Assembly (NCBI GenBank): GCA_036339955.1
Contig: JAYYZX010000006.1
Coordinates: 68,690 to 132,689, forward strand
Reading direction: 5' to 3'
Origin: Bacteroidota bacterium
Lineage (GTDB): Bacteria; Bacteroidota; Bacteroidia; Flavobacteriales; BACL11
DNA length: 64,000 bases
Under the pieces are notes generated by a model. That model did no database searches, had not been told where the DNA came from, and worked only from the letters and a program-made list of their open reading frames with translations. The translations under genes were made by a program, and so were the position numbers. Shown piece after piece: positions 51,681-61,743 of this stretch (position 1 is the stretch's first letter; the number at the start of each line of letters is the position of its first letter).

Positions 51681-53594
51681 ATGAAATACTGTAATAGTCT
51701 AACTAGCTTTTCTAGATTTAAAACCAGAGTTGTTAAAATAGGAGGTATCTCTATTGGAGGTGATAATCCTATTCGTATTCAATCTATGACAACAGCTAAT
51801 ACACTGGATACACTAAAAACTGTCGAAGAATCTGTTAGAATGATAGAGGCAGGATCCGAATTAGTAAGAATAACAGCCCCAAGCAAAAAAGATGCTGAAA
51901 ATCTTAAAAATATCAAAGAAGAACTTGTTAGAAGAGGGTATAATACACCTCTAATTGCAGATATACATTTTACTCCAAATGCTGCAGAAATAGCTGCAAG
52001 AATTGTAGAGAAAGTGCGTGTTAATCCAGGAAACTATGCTGATAAAAAAAAGTTTGAAAATATCGAATATACTCAAAAATCTTACCAAGATGAACTAGAT
52101 AGAATAAGAGATAAATTCACTCCATTAGTAAAAATTTGTAAAGAATATGGTACCGCAATGAGAATAGGAACAAATCATGGATCATTATCTGATAGAATAC
52201 TAAGCCATTATGGTGACACTCCTAAAGGTATGGTAGAATCAGCAATGGAATTTGTTCGTATATGTGAAGATGAAAATTATCATAATATCATTCTTTCTAT
52301 GAAAGCTTCTAATACTAGAGTTATGGTCCAAGCATATCGTCTACTTGTTAAAGAAATGATAAAAGAAAAGATGAACTATCCTTTACATTTAGGGGTGACA
52401 GAAGCAGGAGAGGGAGAAGATGGAAGAATAAAATCTGCAGTAGGAATTGGAACACTTTTAGCAGATGGATTAGGTGATACTATCAGAGTTTCACTTACAG
52501 AACCTCCAGAATTTGAATTGCCAGTTGCTAAAAAATTACTCTCTCATTTTGATAAAATTGAGAGCCATGAAAAAATTAATAAAATAATTAAGAATCCTCT
52601 TCATCCATTTGACTATGAGAGAAGAAATACAAAAGCCGTATTAAATATTGGTGGTAAAAATGTTCCTGTGGTAAAAACAGATTTTTGTTTAAAAAAGAAA
52701 ATAACCCCAGCATCATTTTTTGCATTAGGTTATAATTATTCTGTTCCATTAGATAAATGGCATATTAGTGATATGGCCGCTGACTATGTGTTTGTAGGAG
52801 ATCATGATATTGATTTTGAAGTTCCAGGACCTTTGGGAGTGATTTACAACTATAAAAAGTGGAAAGAACATAAGAAAGGCTTCCCATGCTTGAATGCAAG
52901 ACAATATCTGAGTGAGAAGACCCAATCCAATAAAATGAATATGGTTTATGCTTGTTTTTCAGATTTATCGGAAGAATTAAAAAACAAACTAAAATTAGAC
53001 AATACAGCTGTGCTTTTAATAGATACTTACAATAAAAATGGTATTGCAGAACAAAGAAGATTATTTATAGAACTTATGAATAATGAAATAAAAACGCCTG
53101 TAATTATTGGAAGGGCTTATGAAAATTTATCCGAACAACAACTACAACTTTCCGCTTCTATAGATGCTGGAGCTTTACTTTTAGATGGATTAGGAGACGG
53201 TATTTTTATCGCAGCAGAAAATTGTGGTTCTGATCAATCTATAAATTCTTTAGCATTTGGAATACTACAAGCTACACGAACCCGTATCTCTAAAACAGAA
53301 TATATTTCATGCCCCTCATGTGGCAGAACTCTTTTTGATTTACAAGAAACAACAGCAAAGATTCGTAAGGAAACTGATCATCTTAAAGGAGTAAAGATTG
53401 GAATCATGGGGTGTATTGTTAATGGCCCTGGAGAAATGGCAGATGCTGATTATGGTTATGTAGGCACAGGTCCTGGAAAAATTACGCTATATAAAGAAAA
53501 AAATGTTATCCATAAGAATATACCAGAGAAAGAAGCCGTTAATGAACTTATTAATCTTATAAAATTACATGGCGATTGGAAAGAAAAAAATTAA
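51681..53594 (+). CDS. ispG: HMB-PP synthase, long three-domain form
   Basis: IQSMT, RVNPGN, RIGTNHGS, HLGVTEAG, ISCPSCGR, MGCIVNGPGE. Confidence 0.96.
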   Translation: MKYCNSLTSFSRFKTRVVKIGGISIGGDNPIRIQSMTTANTLDTLKTVEESVRMIEAGSELVRITAPSKKDAENLKNIKEELVRRGYNTPLIADIHFTPNAAEIAARIVEKVRVNPGNYADKKKFENIEYTQKSYQDELDRIRDKFTPLVKICKEYGTAMRIGTNHGSLSDRILSHYGDTPKGMVESAMEFVRICEDENYHNIILSMKASNTRVMVQAYRLLVKEMIKEKMNYPLHLGVTEAGEGEDGRIKSAVGIGTLLADGLGDTIRVSLTEPPEFELPVAKKLLSHFDKIESHEKINKIIKNPLHPFDYERRNTKAVLNIGGKNVPVVKTDFCLKKKITPASFFALGYNYSVPLDKWHISDMAADYVFVGDHDIDFEVPGPLGVIYNYKKWKEHKKGFPCLNARQYLSEKTQSNKMNMVYACFSDLSEELKNKLKLDNTAVLLIDTYNKNGIAEQRRLFIELMNNEIKTPVIIGRAYENLSEQQLQLSASIDAGALLLDGLGDGIFIAAENCGSDQSINSLAFGILQATRTRISKTEYISCPSCGRTLFDLQETTAKIRKETDHLKGVKIGIMGCIVNGPGEMADADYGYVGTGPGKITLYKEKNVIHKNIPEKEAVNELINLIKLHGDWKEKN

Positions 53595-54564
53595 AAGAAG
53601 ACGTTTTATTAAACAAGGTGCTGTTTTAGGAATAGCTACTTCTATTGCACCACAAATCATTGCAAAATCAACAATTATGAAAAATAAATCTATTGTAATA
53701 TCAACTTGGAAGCATGGTGTGGAGTCCAATAATAAGGCTTGGGAAATCTTAAAAAATAAAGGCCCCGCAATAGATGCTGTAGAGCAAGGAGTTATGGTTG
53801 CAGAATCTGATCCTAATGTTACATCGGTTGGGTATGGCGGTATGCCTGATAGAGAAGGGAATGTAACTCTTGATGCATGTATTATGGATCATAATGGGAA
53901 TTGTGGAGCAGTATCATTCTTGAAAAACATAAAAAATCCTATTGCTGTTGCTAGGAAGGTAATGGACAAAACCCCACATATTTTACTTTCAGGAGATGGA
54001 GCCCTCAAATTTGCTAAACAAGAAGGTTTTAAAGAAGAAAATTTACTAACAGAAAATGCTAAAAAAAAATGGGGAAAATGGAGAGATAAACATCCACAAC
54101 CTCAAATGTTTATTGACCAACACAATCATGATACAATTGGGATGATTGCTTTAGATATGAATGGAAATTTATCTGGAAGTTGTACAACATCAGGTCTTGC
54201 TTGGAAATACTATGGTCGTGTAGGAGATTCTCCTATAATTGGAGCTGGGCTGTATATAGATAATAAATATGGTGCTGCTTGTGCAACAGGTAAAGGAGAG
54301 TCTGTAATAAAGATGGCAGGATCATTTCTGATTGTAGAATTAATAAGGCAAGGTAAACATCCTCAAGAAGCATGTGAATTAGCAATACAAAGAATTATAG
54401 AACAACAATCTGATTGTAAAGATTTTCAAGTAGGATTCCTAGCTATAAATAAAAATGGGGATTATGGATCTTATAGCCTAAAGGAGGGGTTCCAATATGC
54501 CATAAATACTAAAAATAAGACAGCGCTTGTAAATAGCAAATATTATTACCTAAATAAATTGTAG
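53569..54564 (+). CDS. N(4)-(beta-N-acetylglucosaminyl)-L-asparaginase with Tat signal
   Basis: KRRRFIK; SVGYGG.PD; HD/TIG autocleavage site; GRVGDSPIIGAG. Confidence 0.9.
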   Translation: MAIGKKKIKRRRFIKQGAVLGIATSIAPQIIAKSTIMKNKSIVISTWKHGVESNNKAWEILKNKGPAIDAVEQGVMVAESDPNVTSVGYGGMPDREGNVTLDACIMDHNGNCGAVSFLKNIKNPIAVARKVMDKTPHILLSGDGALKFAKQEGFKEENLLTENAKKKWGKWRDKHPQPQMFIDQHNHDTIGMIALDMNGNLSGSCTTSGLAWKYYGRVGDSPIIGAGLYIDNKYGAACATGKGESVIKMAGSFLIVELIRQGKHPQEACELAIQRIIEQQSDCKDFQVGFLAINKNGDYGSYSLKEGFQYAINTKNKTALVNSKYYYLNKL

Positions 54565-54596
54565 CATCAACAGCTGTTTAAGATTGACTAATTAAA

Positions 54597-54619
54597 TTTG
54601 TCGGAAAAGTACCGTCAAA
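54597..54619 (-). terminator. Imperfect hairpin between convergent genes, probable terminator for mqnC-ribE-purT
   Basis: TTTG-T-CGG/CCG-T-CAAA stem followed by TTTAATT on the minus strand. Confidence 0.3.
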
Positions 54620-54625
54620 AAGAAA

Positions 54626-55786
54626 CTACTCAACTGTAATCAATTTAGCTACTTTCTTAGCTTTATTTTTTAATTTATTTGTGTCTTCTTGACCATATGA
54701 TAAAGCGACCCCCATTCGGCGATATTTTCTGGTTTTAGGTTTACCAAAAATCTTGACGTCTGTATTTGTAAATCTTGCTGCTTCCTCAAGGCCAGAATAG
54801 CTAGGTTTTTCGTCACTATCTTCTGATGCTAATACTACTGCAGAAGCACCATTTCTCAATAATATAATTTCATTAATAGGGATGCCTAAAATTGCTCTAG
54901 CATGTAATTCAAATTCGGAAAAATCCTGTGTCCCAGCAAGTGTTACCATTCCCGTATCATGAGGTCTTGGAGATAATTCTGAGAAATATACGTCTTCTTT
55001 AGTTATAAAAAATTCAACCCCCCAAATACCTGATCCTCCTAAAGATTTGGTAATTTCTTTTGCTATATTTTGTGCTTTTTCTAATAAGTCTATTTCCATT
55101 TCCATAGGTTGCCAACTTTGCTGATAATCTCCTCTTTCTTGTCTATGTCCTATAGGGGGACAAAATAATGTTTTACCATTATTTTGGGTAACTGTTAATA
55201 ATGTTATTTCATATTCAAAATCAATAAATTCCTCTACAATAACTTCAACTAAATCTCCTCTAGATCCTTCTATGGCATAATTCCATGCTTTTTCAATATC
55301 ATCTTCGCATTTAATAGTAGATTGTCCTTTCCCTGAGCTTGACATCAAAGGTTTAACTACACAAGGTAATTTACACAGTTTCACGCTTTCTTGTAATTCT
55401 TTTAAAGTTTGAGCATAGGCATATTTTGCAGTTCGAATACCAAGATCTTTAGCTGCTAAATCTCTAACTGCCCTTCTATTCATTGTAAAATTTGCTGCTT
55501 TAGCAGAAGGGATTACGCTATAGCCTTGTTTTTCATAATCATAAAACCTTTCTGTACGAATACTCTCTACTTCTGGTACTATAAAATCCGGCTTGTGTTT
55601 AGCGACTATTCTATCTAGTTCTTTGCCATCTAACATATCAATAACCTCATATTCATGAGCTACCTGCATAGCAGGGGCATTAGCATAATTGTCTACTGCA
55701 ATTATATATTGACCTAATCTTTGCAAGGCAATAACTACTTCTTTCCCTAATTCCCCAGAGCCTAATAATAATATTTTCTTTTGCAT
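54626..55786 (-). CDS. purT: Formate-dependent phosphoribosylglycinamide formyltransferase
   Basis: [44 protein letters not shown]. Confidence 0.96.
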   Translation of the reverse strand: MQKKILLLGSGELGKEVVIALQRLGQYIIAVDNYANAPAMQVAHEYEVIDMLDGKELDRIVAKHKPDFIVPEVESIRTERFYDYEKQGYSVIPSAKAANFTMNRRAVRDLAAKDLGIRTAKYAYAQTLKELQESVKLCKLPCVVKPLMSSSGKGQSTIKCEDDIEKAWNYAIEGSRGDLVEVIVEEFIDFEYEITLLTVTQNNGKTLFCPPIGHRQERGDYQQSWQPMEMEIDLLEKAQNIAKEITKSLGGSGIWGVEFFITKEDVYFSELSPRPHDTGMVTLAGTQDFSEFELHARAILGIPINEIILLRNGASAVVLASEDSDEKPSYSGLEEAARFTNTDVKIFGKPKTRKYRRMGVALSYGQEDTNKLKNKAKKVAKLITVE

Positions 55787-55791
55787 AAAAC

Positions 55792-56370
55792 TTATGTTTT
55801 TTGTTTACGAATGTACTTCACGAGAATATCAAACTCTAAATTTACATAGTCTCCAACTTTTAAATTTTGAAAAGTTGTGTTGTTAAATGTATAAGGTATA
55901 ATAGCTACTGAAAATGATGCTTCCTTGGAGTTTAATACTGTCAAGCTAACACCATTTACAGATATTGATCCTTTTTCAACAGTAATATTACCTAAATATT
56001 TATATATAAATGTAAAAATATGAGAGCCCTCTTTTTTAATAATTTTAATACATTTTGCTGTTTGATCTATATGCCCTTGTACCATATGCCCATCTAATCT
56101 ATCTCCTAATTTTAATGCTCTCTCAATATTAATTTTATCTCCTATTTCTAAATATTGAAGATTTGTTTTTTGTAATGTCTCTTGAATGGCTATAACAGAA
56201 TATGTCCCTCCATTAATATCTACTACAGTAAGACATACCCCATTATGAGCTATCGATTGATCTATTTTTAATTCGTTAGTAAAAGATGATAAGAAAGTAA
56301 TCGTTAAATTACCTTTATCGTGTTTTAAGGATACTACCTCCGCTAATTCTTCTATAATTCCTGTAAACAT
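55792..56370 (-). CDS. ribE: Riboflavin synthase (alpha chain)
   Basis: [31 protein letters not shown]. Confidence 0.96.
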   Translation of the reverse strand: MFTGIIEELAEVVSLKHDKGNLTITFLSSFTNELKIDQSIAHNGVCLTVVDINGGTYSVIAIQETLQKTNLQYLEIGDKINIERALKLGDRLDGHMVQGHIDQTAKCIKIIKKEGSHIFTFIYKYLGNITVEKGSISVNGVSLTVLNSKEASFSVAIIPYTFNNTTFQNLKVGDYVNLEFDILVKYIRKQKT

Positions 56371-57491
56371 TAATAAGTAATTAGTTGTTCTTCCATTTCT
56401 GGTAATTCTCTATAGTCATATAATTGTGTTCTGAGCTGTGGCTCAAAACCAGCTTCACTAATACATTCTTGAATACTAGTAGATGTGAATCTATGTGGCG
56501 CTCCTGCAGCAGAAACCACATTTTCTTCAATCATAATTGACCCCATATCATTAGCCCCCCCATGTAGTGTTAATTGTGCTGTTTCTGCTCCAATAGTAAG
56601 CCAAGATGTTTGTATATTTTTAATATTAGGAAGCATTAATCTACAGATAGCTATCATGCGTAAATATTCATCTTGAGTAGTAGTATTATGAATCCCTTTT
56701 ACCCTTTGTAACAATGTGCCATCATCCATAAAAGGCCATGGGATAAATGCTAAAAAGCCATTTTCCTCATCTGGTTTTTGATCCTGAACCTCTCTTATTC
56801 TTACTAAGTGATCAAATCTTTCTTCGATGGTTTCTATATGTCCAAACATCATAGTAGCAGATGTAGTAAGTCCAATTTTATGTGCCGCTTTCATAACATC
56901 TAACCATTCTTGACCATTACATTTCCCTTTTGAAATTAAACGTCTAACTCTATCGCTTAAAATCTCTGCTCCAGCCCCTGGCATACTATCCATCCCTGCT
57001 GCTTTCAATGATTTTAGAGCCTCATAATGAGTGATATTGTCTGTCTTGCAAATATGTGCAACCTCAGGTGGCCCCAATGCATGTAATTTTATATTAGGGA
57101 ATAAATTTTTTATGTCTCTAAACAATTTTGTATAAAACTTCAGCCCTAAATCTGGATGATGCCCCCCTTGTAAAAGTAATTGGTCTCCTCCATATCTGAT
57201 TGTTTCTTCAATTTTCACTCTATATGTATCGATATCTGTAATATAAACCTCTTTATGTTTTGGATGACGAAAAAAATTACAAAACTTGCAATTGGCTATG
57301 CAAGCATTTGTTGTATTAACATTTCTGTCTATTTGCCAAGTTACGATATTATTAGGATGAATATTTTTTCTTAACTCATTAGCAGTCCACATCAATTCAG
57401 ATGTTGAAACATTTTTATATAAGTATTCTCCTTCAGCAGCAGAAAGAAATTCTTTTTTTAAAGCTTTAGTTAGTAACTGATGAGTATGCAT
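56370..57491 (-). CDS. mqnC: Cyclic dehypoxanthine futalosine synthase (radical SAM)
   Basis: DRNVN.TN.CIANCKFC, LQGG, PGAGAEIL, ATMMFGH, FIPW, GANDMGS.MIEENVV. Confidence 0.85.
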   Translation of the reverse strand: MHTHQLLTKALKKEFLSAAEGEYLYKNVSTSELMWTANELRKNIHPNNIVTWQIDRNVNTTNACIANCKFCNFFRHPKHKEVYITDIDTYRVKIEETIRYGGDQLLLQGGHHPDLGLKFYTKLFRDIKNLFPNIKLHALGPPEVAHICKTDNITHYEALKSLKAAGMDSMPGAGAEILSDRVRRLISKGKCNGQEWLDVMKAAHKIGLTTSATMMFGHIETIEERFDHLVRIREVQDQKPDEENGFLAFIPWPFMDDGTLLQRVKGIHNTTTQDEYLRMIAICRLMLPNIKNIQTSWLTIGAETAQLTLHGGANDMGSIMIEENVVSAAGAPHRFTSTSIQECISEAGFEPQLRTQLYDYRELPEMEEQLITY

Positions 57492-57500
57492 AAAAATACT

Positions 57501-57522
57501 TAATTTTGCTGTTTCAAAATTA
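57501..57522. promoter_or_regulatory. Palindromic pair of -7 elements TAATTTTG-N6-CAAAATTA serving divergent mqnC and pepA
   Basis: Two exact TAnnTTTG matches on opposite strands within a 40-bp intergenic gap. Confidence 0.55.
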
Positions 57523-57531
57523 CATAATTAA

Positions 57532-58950
57532 ATGAAAATCACACTAAAAAGGAAATTAACAATTAATACAAATGATAACTTAATTTTATTAATTGATAAA
57601 AAATCAAATCTTGATTTTTTAAATCTTTCAAAATCTGAAAATCAATTTTTAAAAACACAACTCAAGAATAAAAAAGAGTTAATTTATATTAATCAATATA
57701 ATAGATGGATTCAATTTATTTCTCCCAAAAAAATCTCTTCTTCTAATTTACATTTGGAAAATTGCCGATTGCTTGGAGATAGATTACTGGATAATATAGC
57801 TACAGCAAAATCCTTATTAATTGTTGATATTAAAAATAACCAAACAGAAATATTAGCAATTACAGAAGGTGTAGCATTAGGTAGTTATTCTTTCAATAAC
57901 CGTAAAACAAAAAAAGCAAGTACTGGATTAAAGACAATTTCCTTATGCAAGAGATCTAAAAGATCTGATGTGATTGAATTACAGAACATAGTAAATTCAG
58001 TTTTTCTCTGTAGAGATTTAGTTAATGAACCATTCTCTCATTTAAAAGCAAAAGAACTTGCTGCTGCTGCAAAAAAAGCTAGTAAAGAAGCAGGATTTAA
58101 AATCAAAACCTTAAATAAACAAAAAATTAAACAGTTGAAAATGGGGGGATTATTAGCTGTTAATCAAGGGAGTTTAGACCCTCCTAATTTTAGTATTTTA
58201 ACTTGGGGGCCAAAAAACGCTAAAAATAAGAAACCTATTGTTTTAGTTGGCAAAGGGATAGTCTACGATACCGGAGGGTTAAGTCTAAAACCAACAAAAG
58301 GGATGGATATAATGAAAGTTGACATGGGTGGAGCGGGCTGTGTAATTGGAGCAATGCATGCTATAGCAATAAATAATTTACCTATGAATGTAATAGGACT
58401 GGTTCCCGCTACAGATAATAGACCTTCAGGAAATGCCTATGCTCCTGGAGATGTAGTTAAAATGCACAGTGGAGCTACAGTAGAAGTTCTAAATACAGAT
58501 GCAGAAGGTCGAATGATTTTAGCAGATGCACTAAGCTTTGCAAAAAAGTATAATCCAAAAATAGTAATTGATTTAGCAACATTAACAGGAGCTGCTGCTC
58601 GTGCAATTGGCCATTACGGAATTGTTTCAATGCATCAAAAAGCAGAAAAAGAACACTTACGATTAAAGGCAATCGGAGATAATGTACATGAGCGTCTTGC
58701 AGAAATGCCTTTTTGGGAAGACTATAATAAACTTATTAAATCAGATGTTGCAGACATAAAAAATATTGGTGGTCCAGAAGCTGGGGCAATTACTGCGGGA
58801 AAATTCCTAGCCTATTTTACAGACTACCCATGGATTCATCTAGATATTGCTGGGCCAACTTATGTAACTACAAGATATGGTTATAGAGGGAAGGGGGCTA
58901 CTGGTACCGGTGTTCGTTTATTATATCAATTTGTAAAAAGTTACTGCTAA
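57532..58950 (+). CDS. pepA: Leucyl aminopeptidase (M17)
   Basis: VGKGIVYDTGG, MKVDMGG, NTDAEGR, DLATLTGA, HLDIAG. Confidence 0.95.
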   Translation: MKITLKRKLTINTNDNLILLIDKKSNLDFLNLSKSENQFLKTQLKNKKELIYINQYNRWIQFISPKKISSSNLHLENCRLLGDRLLDNIATAKSLLIVDIKNNQTEILAITEGVALGSYSFNNRKTKKASTGLKTISLCKRSKRSDVIELQNIVNSVFLCRDLVNEPFSHLKAKELAAAAKKASKEAGFKIKTLNKQKIKQLKMGGLLAVNQGSLDPPNFSILTWGPKNAKNKKPIVLVGKGIVYDTGGLSLKPTKGMDIMKVDMGGAGCVIGAMHAIAINNLPMNVIGLVPATDNRPSGNAYAPGDVVKMHSGATVEVLNTDAEGRMILADALSFAKKYNPKIVIDLATLTGAAARAIGHYGIVSMHQKAEKEHLRLKAIGDNVHERLAEMPFWEDYNKLIKSDVADIKNIGGPEAGAITAGKFLAYFTDYPWIHLDIAGPTYVTTRYGYRGKGATGTGVRLLYQFVKSYC

Positions 58951-58957
58951 TATAATA

Positions 58958-60001
58958 GTGACAAAACAAAATAAAATAAGGGTAGGGGTTAGCATGGGAG
59001 ATCCTGCTGGTATTGGTATAGAAGTAATTATCAAAACCTTTATGGATAATAGGATAATGGATTTTTGTACTCCTGTCATTTTTAGCTCTAAAGACCTCAT
59101 TAACTCACATAGAAAAATCTTAAATATTGACGAGTTAAATTTTAATACTATCAAGTCAATACAAGAAATAAATCCAAAAAAAGTAAATGTACTCAATTGT
59201 TGGAAAGAGAATATTAATATTAATCTTGGGTTATCTTCAATACTCTCTGGCAAGTACGCATTAACATCTCTAAATGAAGCAATGAAGGCATTACAAGAAA
59301 AATCTATTGATGTATTGGTTACTGCTCCAATTAATAAATTAATGATTCGTAAAAATGAAAAAACTTTTATTGGACACACTGAGTTTTTAGAAGAATCTTT
59401 TGAAGGAGAATCTTTGATGTTAATGGTAAGTGATATTATGAAAATTGCTTTTATAACTGGGCATATCCCTCTATCAAAAGTATCTAATACTATAACAGAG
59501 AAAAAAATTATAAAAAAAACAACTTTACTTAATCAAACACTAATATCAGACTTTAATAAAAGAAAACCGAAAATCGCAATACTTGGGATAAATCCGCATG
59601 CCGGAGAAAATGGGATGCTAGGAAATGAAGAAGAGAGTATTATAATTCCTGCACTAAAGAAATTAAATGATCAAGGGGTTTTAGCTCTTGGGCCTTATTC
59701 TAGTGATAGCTTCTTTTCTGTAAAAAATCTAAAGTCTTTTGATGGAATAATTGCGATGTATCATGATCAAGGGCTAATCCCTTTTAAAACTCTATCTTTC
59801 ACAGAAGGTGTTAACTTCACTGCTGGATTAAATATAATACGTACATCTCCAGTACATGGGACTGCAAATAATATTGCAGGAGAAAATATTGCAAATGAAC
59901 AATCTTTTCGTGAATCAATTTTTCTAGCCTGTAAAATTTACAAAAATCGTGAGATGTACAATGAGTTAATTCAAAATAGTATCGAATCAAAAACTAGTTG
60001 A
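58958..60001 (+). CDS. pdxA: 4-hydroxythreonine-4-phosphate dehydrogenase
   Basis: GDPAGIG, TAPINK, GHTE, NPHAGE, MYHDQG, RTSP.HGT. Confidence 0.95.
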   Translation: MTKQNKIRVGVSMGDPAGIGIEVIIKTFMDNRIMDFCTPVIFSSKDLINSHRKILNIDELNFNTIKSIQEINPKKVNVLNCWKENININLGLSSILSGKYALTSLNEAMKALQEKSIDVLVTAPINKLMIRKNEKTFIGHTEFLEESFEGESLMLMVSDIMKIAFITGHIPLSKVSNTITEKKIIKKTTLLNQTLISDFNKRKPKIAILGINPHAGENGMLGNEEESIIIPALKKLNDQGVLALGPYSSDSFFSVKNLKSFDGIIAMYHDQGLIPFKTLSFTEGVNFTAGLNIIRTSPVHGTANNIAGENIANEQSFRESIFLACKIYKNREMYNELIQNSIESKTS

Positions 60002-60048
60002 CCTAATTAATAAATTGTTATCTTTGGCTGCTTCTTATAAATCAGAAT

Positions 60049-60558
60049 ATGCAGCATTATAATATTAATTTAAATAATATAAAAAATGGAGGAGAAATCT
60101 ATTCTTTTCAGATAAATGATTCTTTCTTTAAAGAGTTTCTATCTTCTGAAATAACAAAAGCTGATTTTAATATCCATCTAGATATAAAAAAAGAAAATGA
60201 CAAGTATCTCTTATGTCTACAAATTAAAGGTGTAATAAAAAACCTTGTATGTGATTTATGTGCTGAAGAATTGAATATACCAATACAAAATACTACAACA
60301 ATAATCTTGCAAGAAAGTAAAGAAATATTAGAATCAACTGATGAAATTATTTACATAAAACCTCATCAAAACATAATAAATTTAAAATCATTATTTTTCG
60401 AAATAATTAGTCTGAGTGTTCCAAGTAAGCGAATTCATAAAACTGATACTAAAGGAGACTCTGAATGTAATAATGATATGCTAAAATTAATTGAAAAATA
60501 TATGCGGAAAGAAGTGGCATATGATGATCGATGGGAGACTTTAAAAAACTTAAAATAG
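60049..60558 (+). CDS. yceD: YceD/DUF177 protein
   Basis: CDLC, D.RW..LK terminus, directly upstream of rpmF. Confidence 0.85.
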   Translation: MQHYNINLNNIKNGGEIYSFQINDSFFKEFLSSEITKADFNIHLDIKKENDKYLLCLQIKGVIKNLVCDLCAEELNIPIQNTTTIILQESKEILESTDEIIYIKPHQNIINLKSLFFEIISLSVPSKRIHKTDTKGDSECNNDMLKLIEKYMRKEVAYDDRWETLKNLK

Positions 60559-60562
60559 ACCA

Positions 60563-60739
60563 ATGGCACACCCTAAAAGAAAAATTTCTAAAACAAGACG
60601 AGATAAAAGAAGAACTCATTATAAAGCCTCTTCCTCAACAATGTATACATGCCCTAATTGCAATGCTGCTGTAATGTATCACAGAGTATGTGAAGAGTGT
60701 GGACACTACAGAGGTAAGCAAGCAATAGATAAACAATAA
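60563..60739 (+). CDS. rpmF: 50S ribosomal protein L32 (58 aa, absent from the ORF track)
   Basis: Manual translation MAHPKRKISKTRRDKRRTHYKA...CPNC...HRVCEECGHYRGK. Confidence 0.96.
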   Translation: MAHPKRKISKTRRDKRRTHYKASSSTMYTCPNCNAAVMYHRVCEECGHYRGKQAIDKQ

Positions 60740-60807
60740 GATATTAATTTATAATAAATGTATGTCTAAATTTTTATACTTTACTTGTAGGCTTTTAATC
60801 AGTTAAT

Positions 60808-61740
60808 ATGAAAATTGGAATAGATGTTATGGGTGGAGATTATGCTCCACAAAAAATAATACAAGGGGTATTGCTTGCTCTAAAAAATATCCCAAAGAAC
60901 ATAGATCTAGTCTTATTTGGGAAAGAGGATATAATATCTAATGAATTATCAGGTAAAACTAAAGCCTATCATAACATTAGCATAGTTAATTGTTCTGAAG
61001 TAATTGAAATGAGTGAACATCCCAGCAAAGCATTAAAAGAAAAGCCTGATTCAAGTATCTCAAAAGGATTTTCTTATCTAGAGAATGGGAAAATAGATGG
61101 TTTTGCAAGTGCCGGAAATACTGGTGCAGTATTTGTAGGAAGTTTCTATAAATTAAAACCAATTGATGGAGTATTACGTCCATGTATATCTGCAATCCTA
61201 CCAAAAGAAAATGGAGGAGTTACTATATTATTAGATGTTGGCGCAAATGCTGATTGCAAACCAGAAGTTTTATCTCAATTTGGATTGTTAGGATCATTAT
61301 TTGCAGAGAATGTATATAATATCAAGAATCCGAAAATTGCACTTTTAAATCTTGGAGAAGAAGAATCTAAAGGCAGTTTATCTATACAAAATGCATATCA
61401 AATGATGAAAAAATCAAACAAATATCATTTTATAGGCAATATTGAAGGTTCTGATTTATTAAATTCTATAGCAGATGTTGTAGTATGTGATGGCTTTACA
61501 GGTAATATTGTATTAAAACAGCTTGAATCGTTTTATAAATTATTAAAAAAACGTAATATAGAAGATTCTTATTTTGAAAAACTTAATTATGAAAATTATG
61601 GAGGGACACCAATATTAGGACTAAATAAGCCTGTAATTATTGGTCATGGCATGTCAAATGAAATAGCAATAAAAAATATGATCTTACTTACAAGAGATAC
61701 TATTAATGCGCATTTATCAAAAAAATTTAAAATATCGTAA
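60808..61740 (+). CDS. plsX: Phosphate acyltransferase
   Basis: DVMGGDYAP, SAGNTGA, LDVGAN, GEEESKG, CDGFTGN. Confidence 0.96.
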   Translation: MKIGIDVMGGDYAPQKIIQGVLLALKNIPKNIDLVLFGKEDIISNELSGKTKAYHNISIVNCSEVIEMSEHPSKALKEKPDSSISKGFSYLENGKIDGFASAGNTGAVFVGSFYKLKPIDGVLRPCISAILPKENGGVTILLDVGANADCKPEVLSQFGLLGSLFAENVYNIKNPKIALLNLGEEESKGSLSIQNAYQMMKKSNKYHFIGNIEGSDLLNSIADVVVCDGFTGNIVLKQLESFYKLLKKRNIEDSYFEKLNYENYGGTPILGLNKPVIIGHGMSNEIAIKNMILLTRDTINAHLSKKFKIS

Positions 61741-61743
61741 AAT

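Noticed and set aside
54593-54600. TAAATTTG on the plus strand pointing antisense into purT
   Set aside because: Overlaps a terminator-like hairpin; 8-mer matches are expected by chance at this AT content
55792-57531. FMN or purine riboswitch for ribE/purT
   Set aside because: Genes overlap or abut, and the only upstream gap is 40 bp
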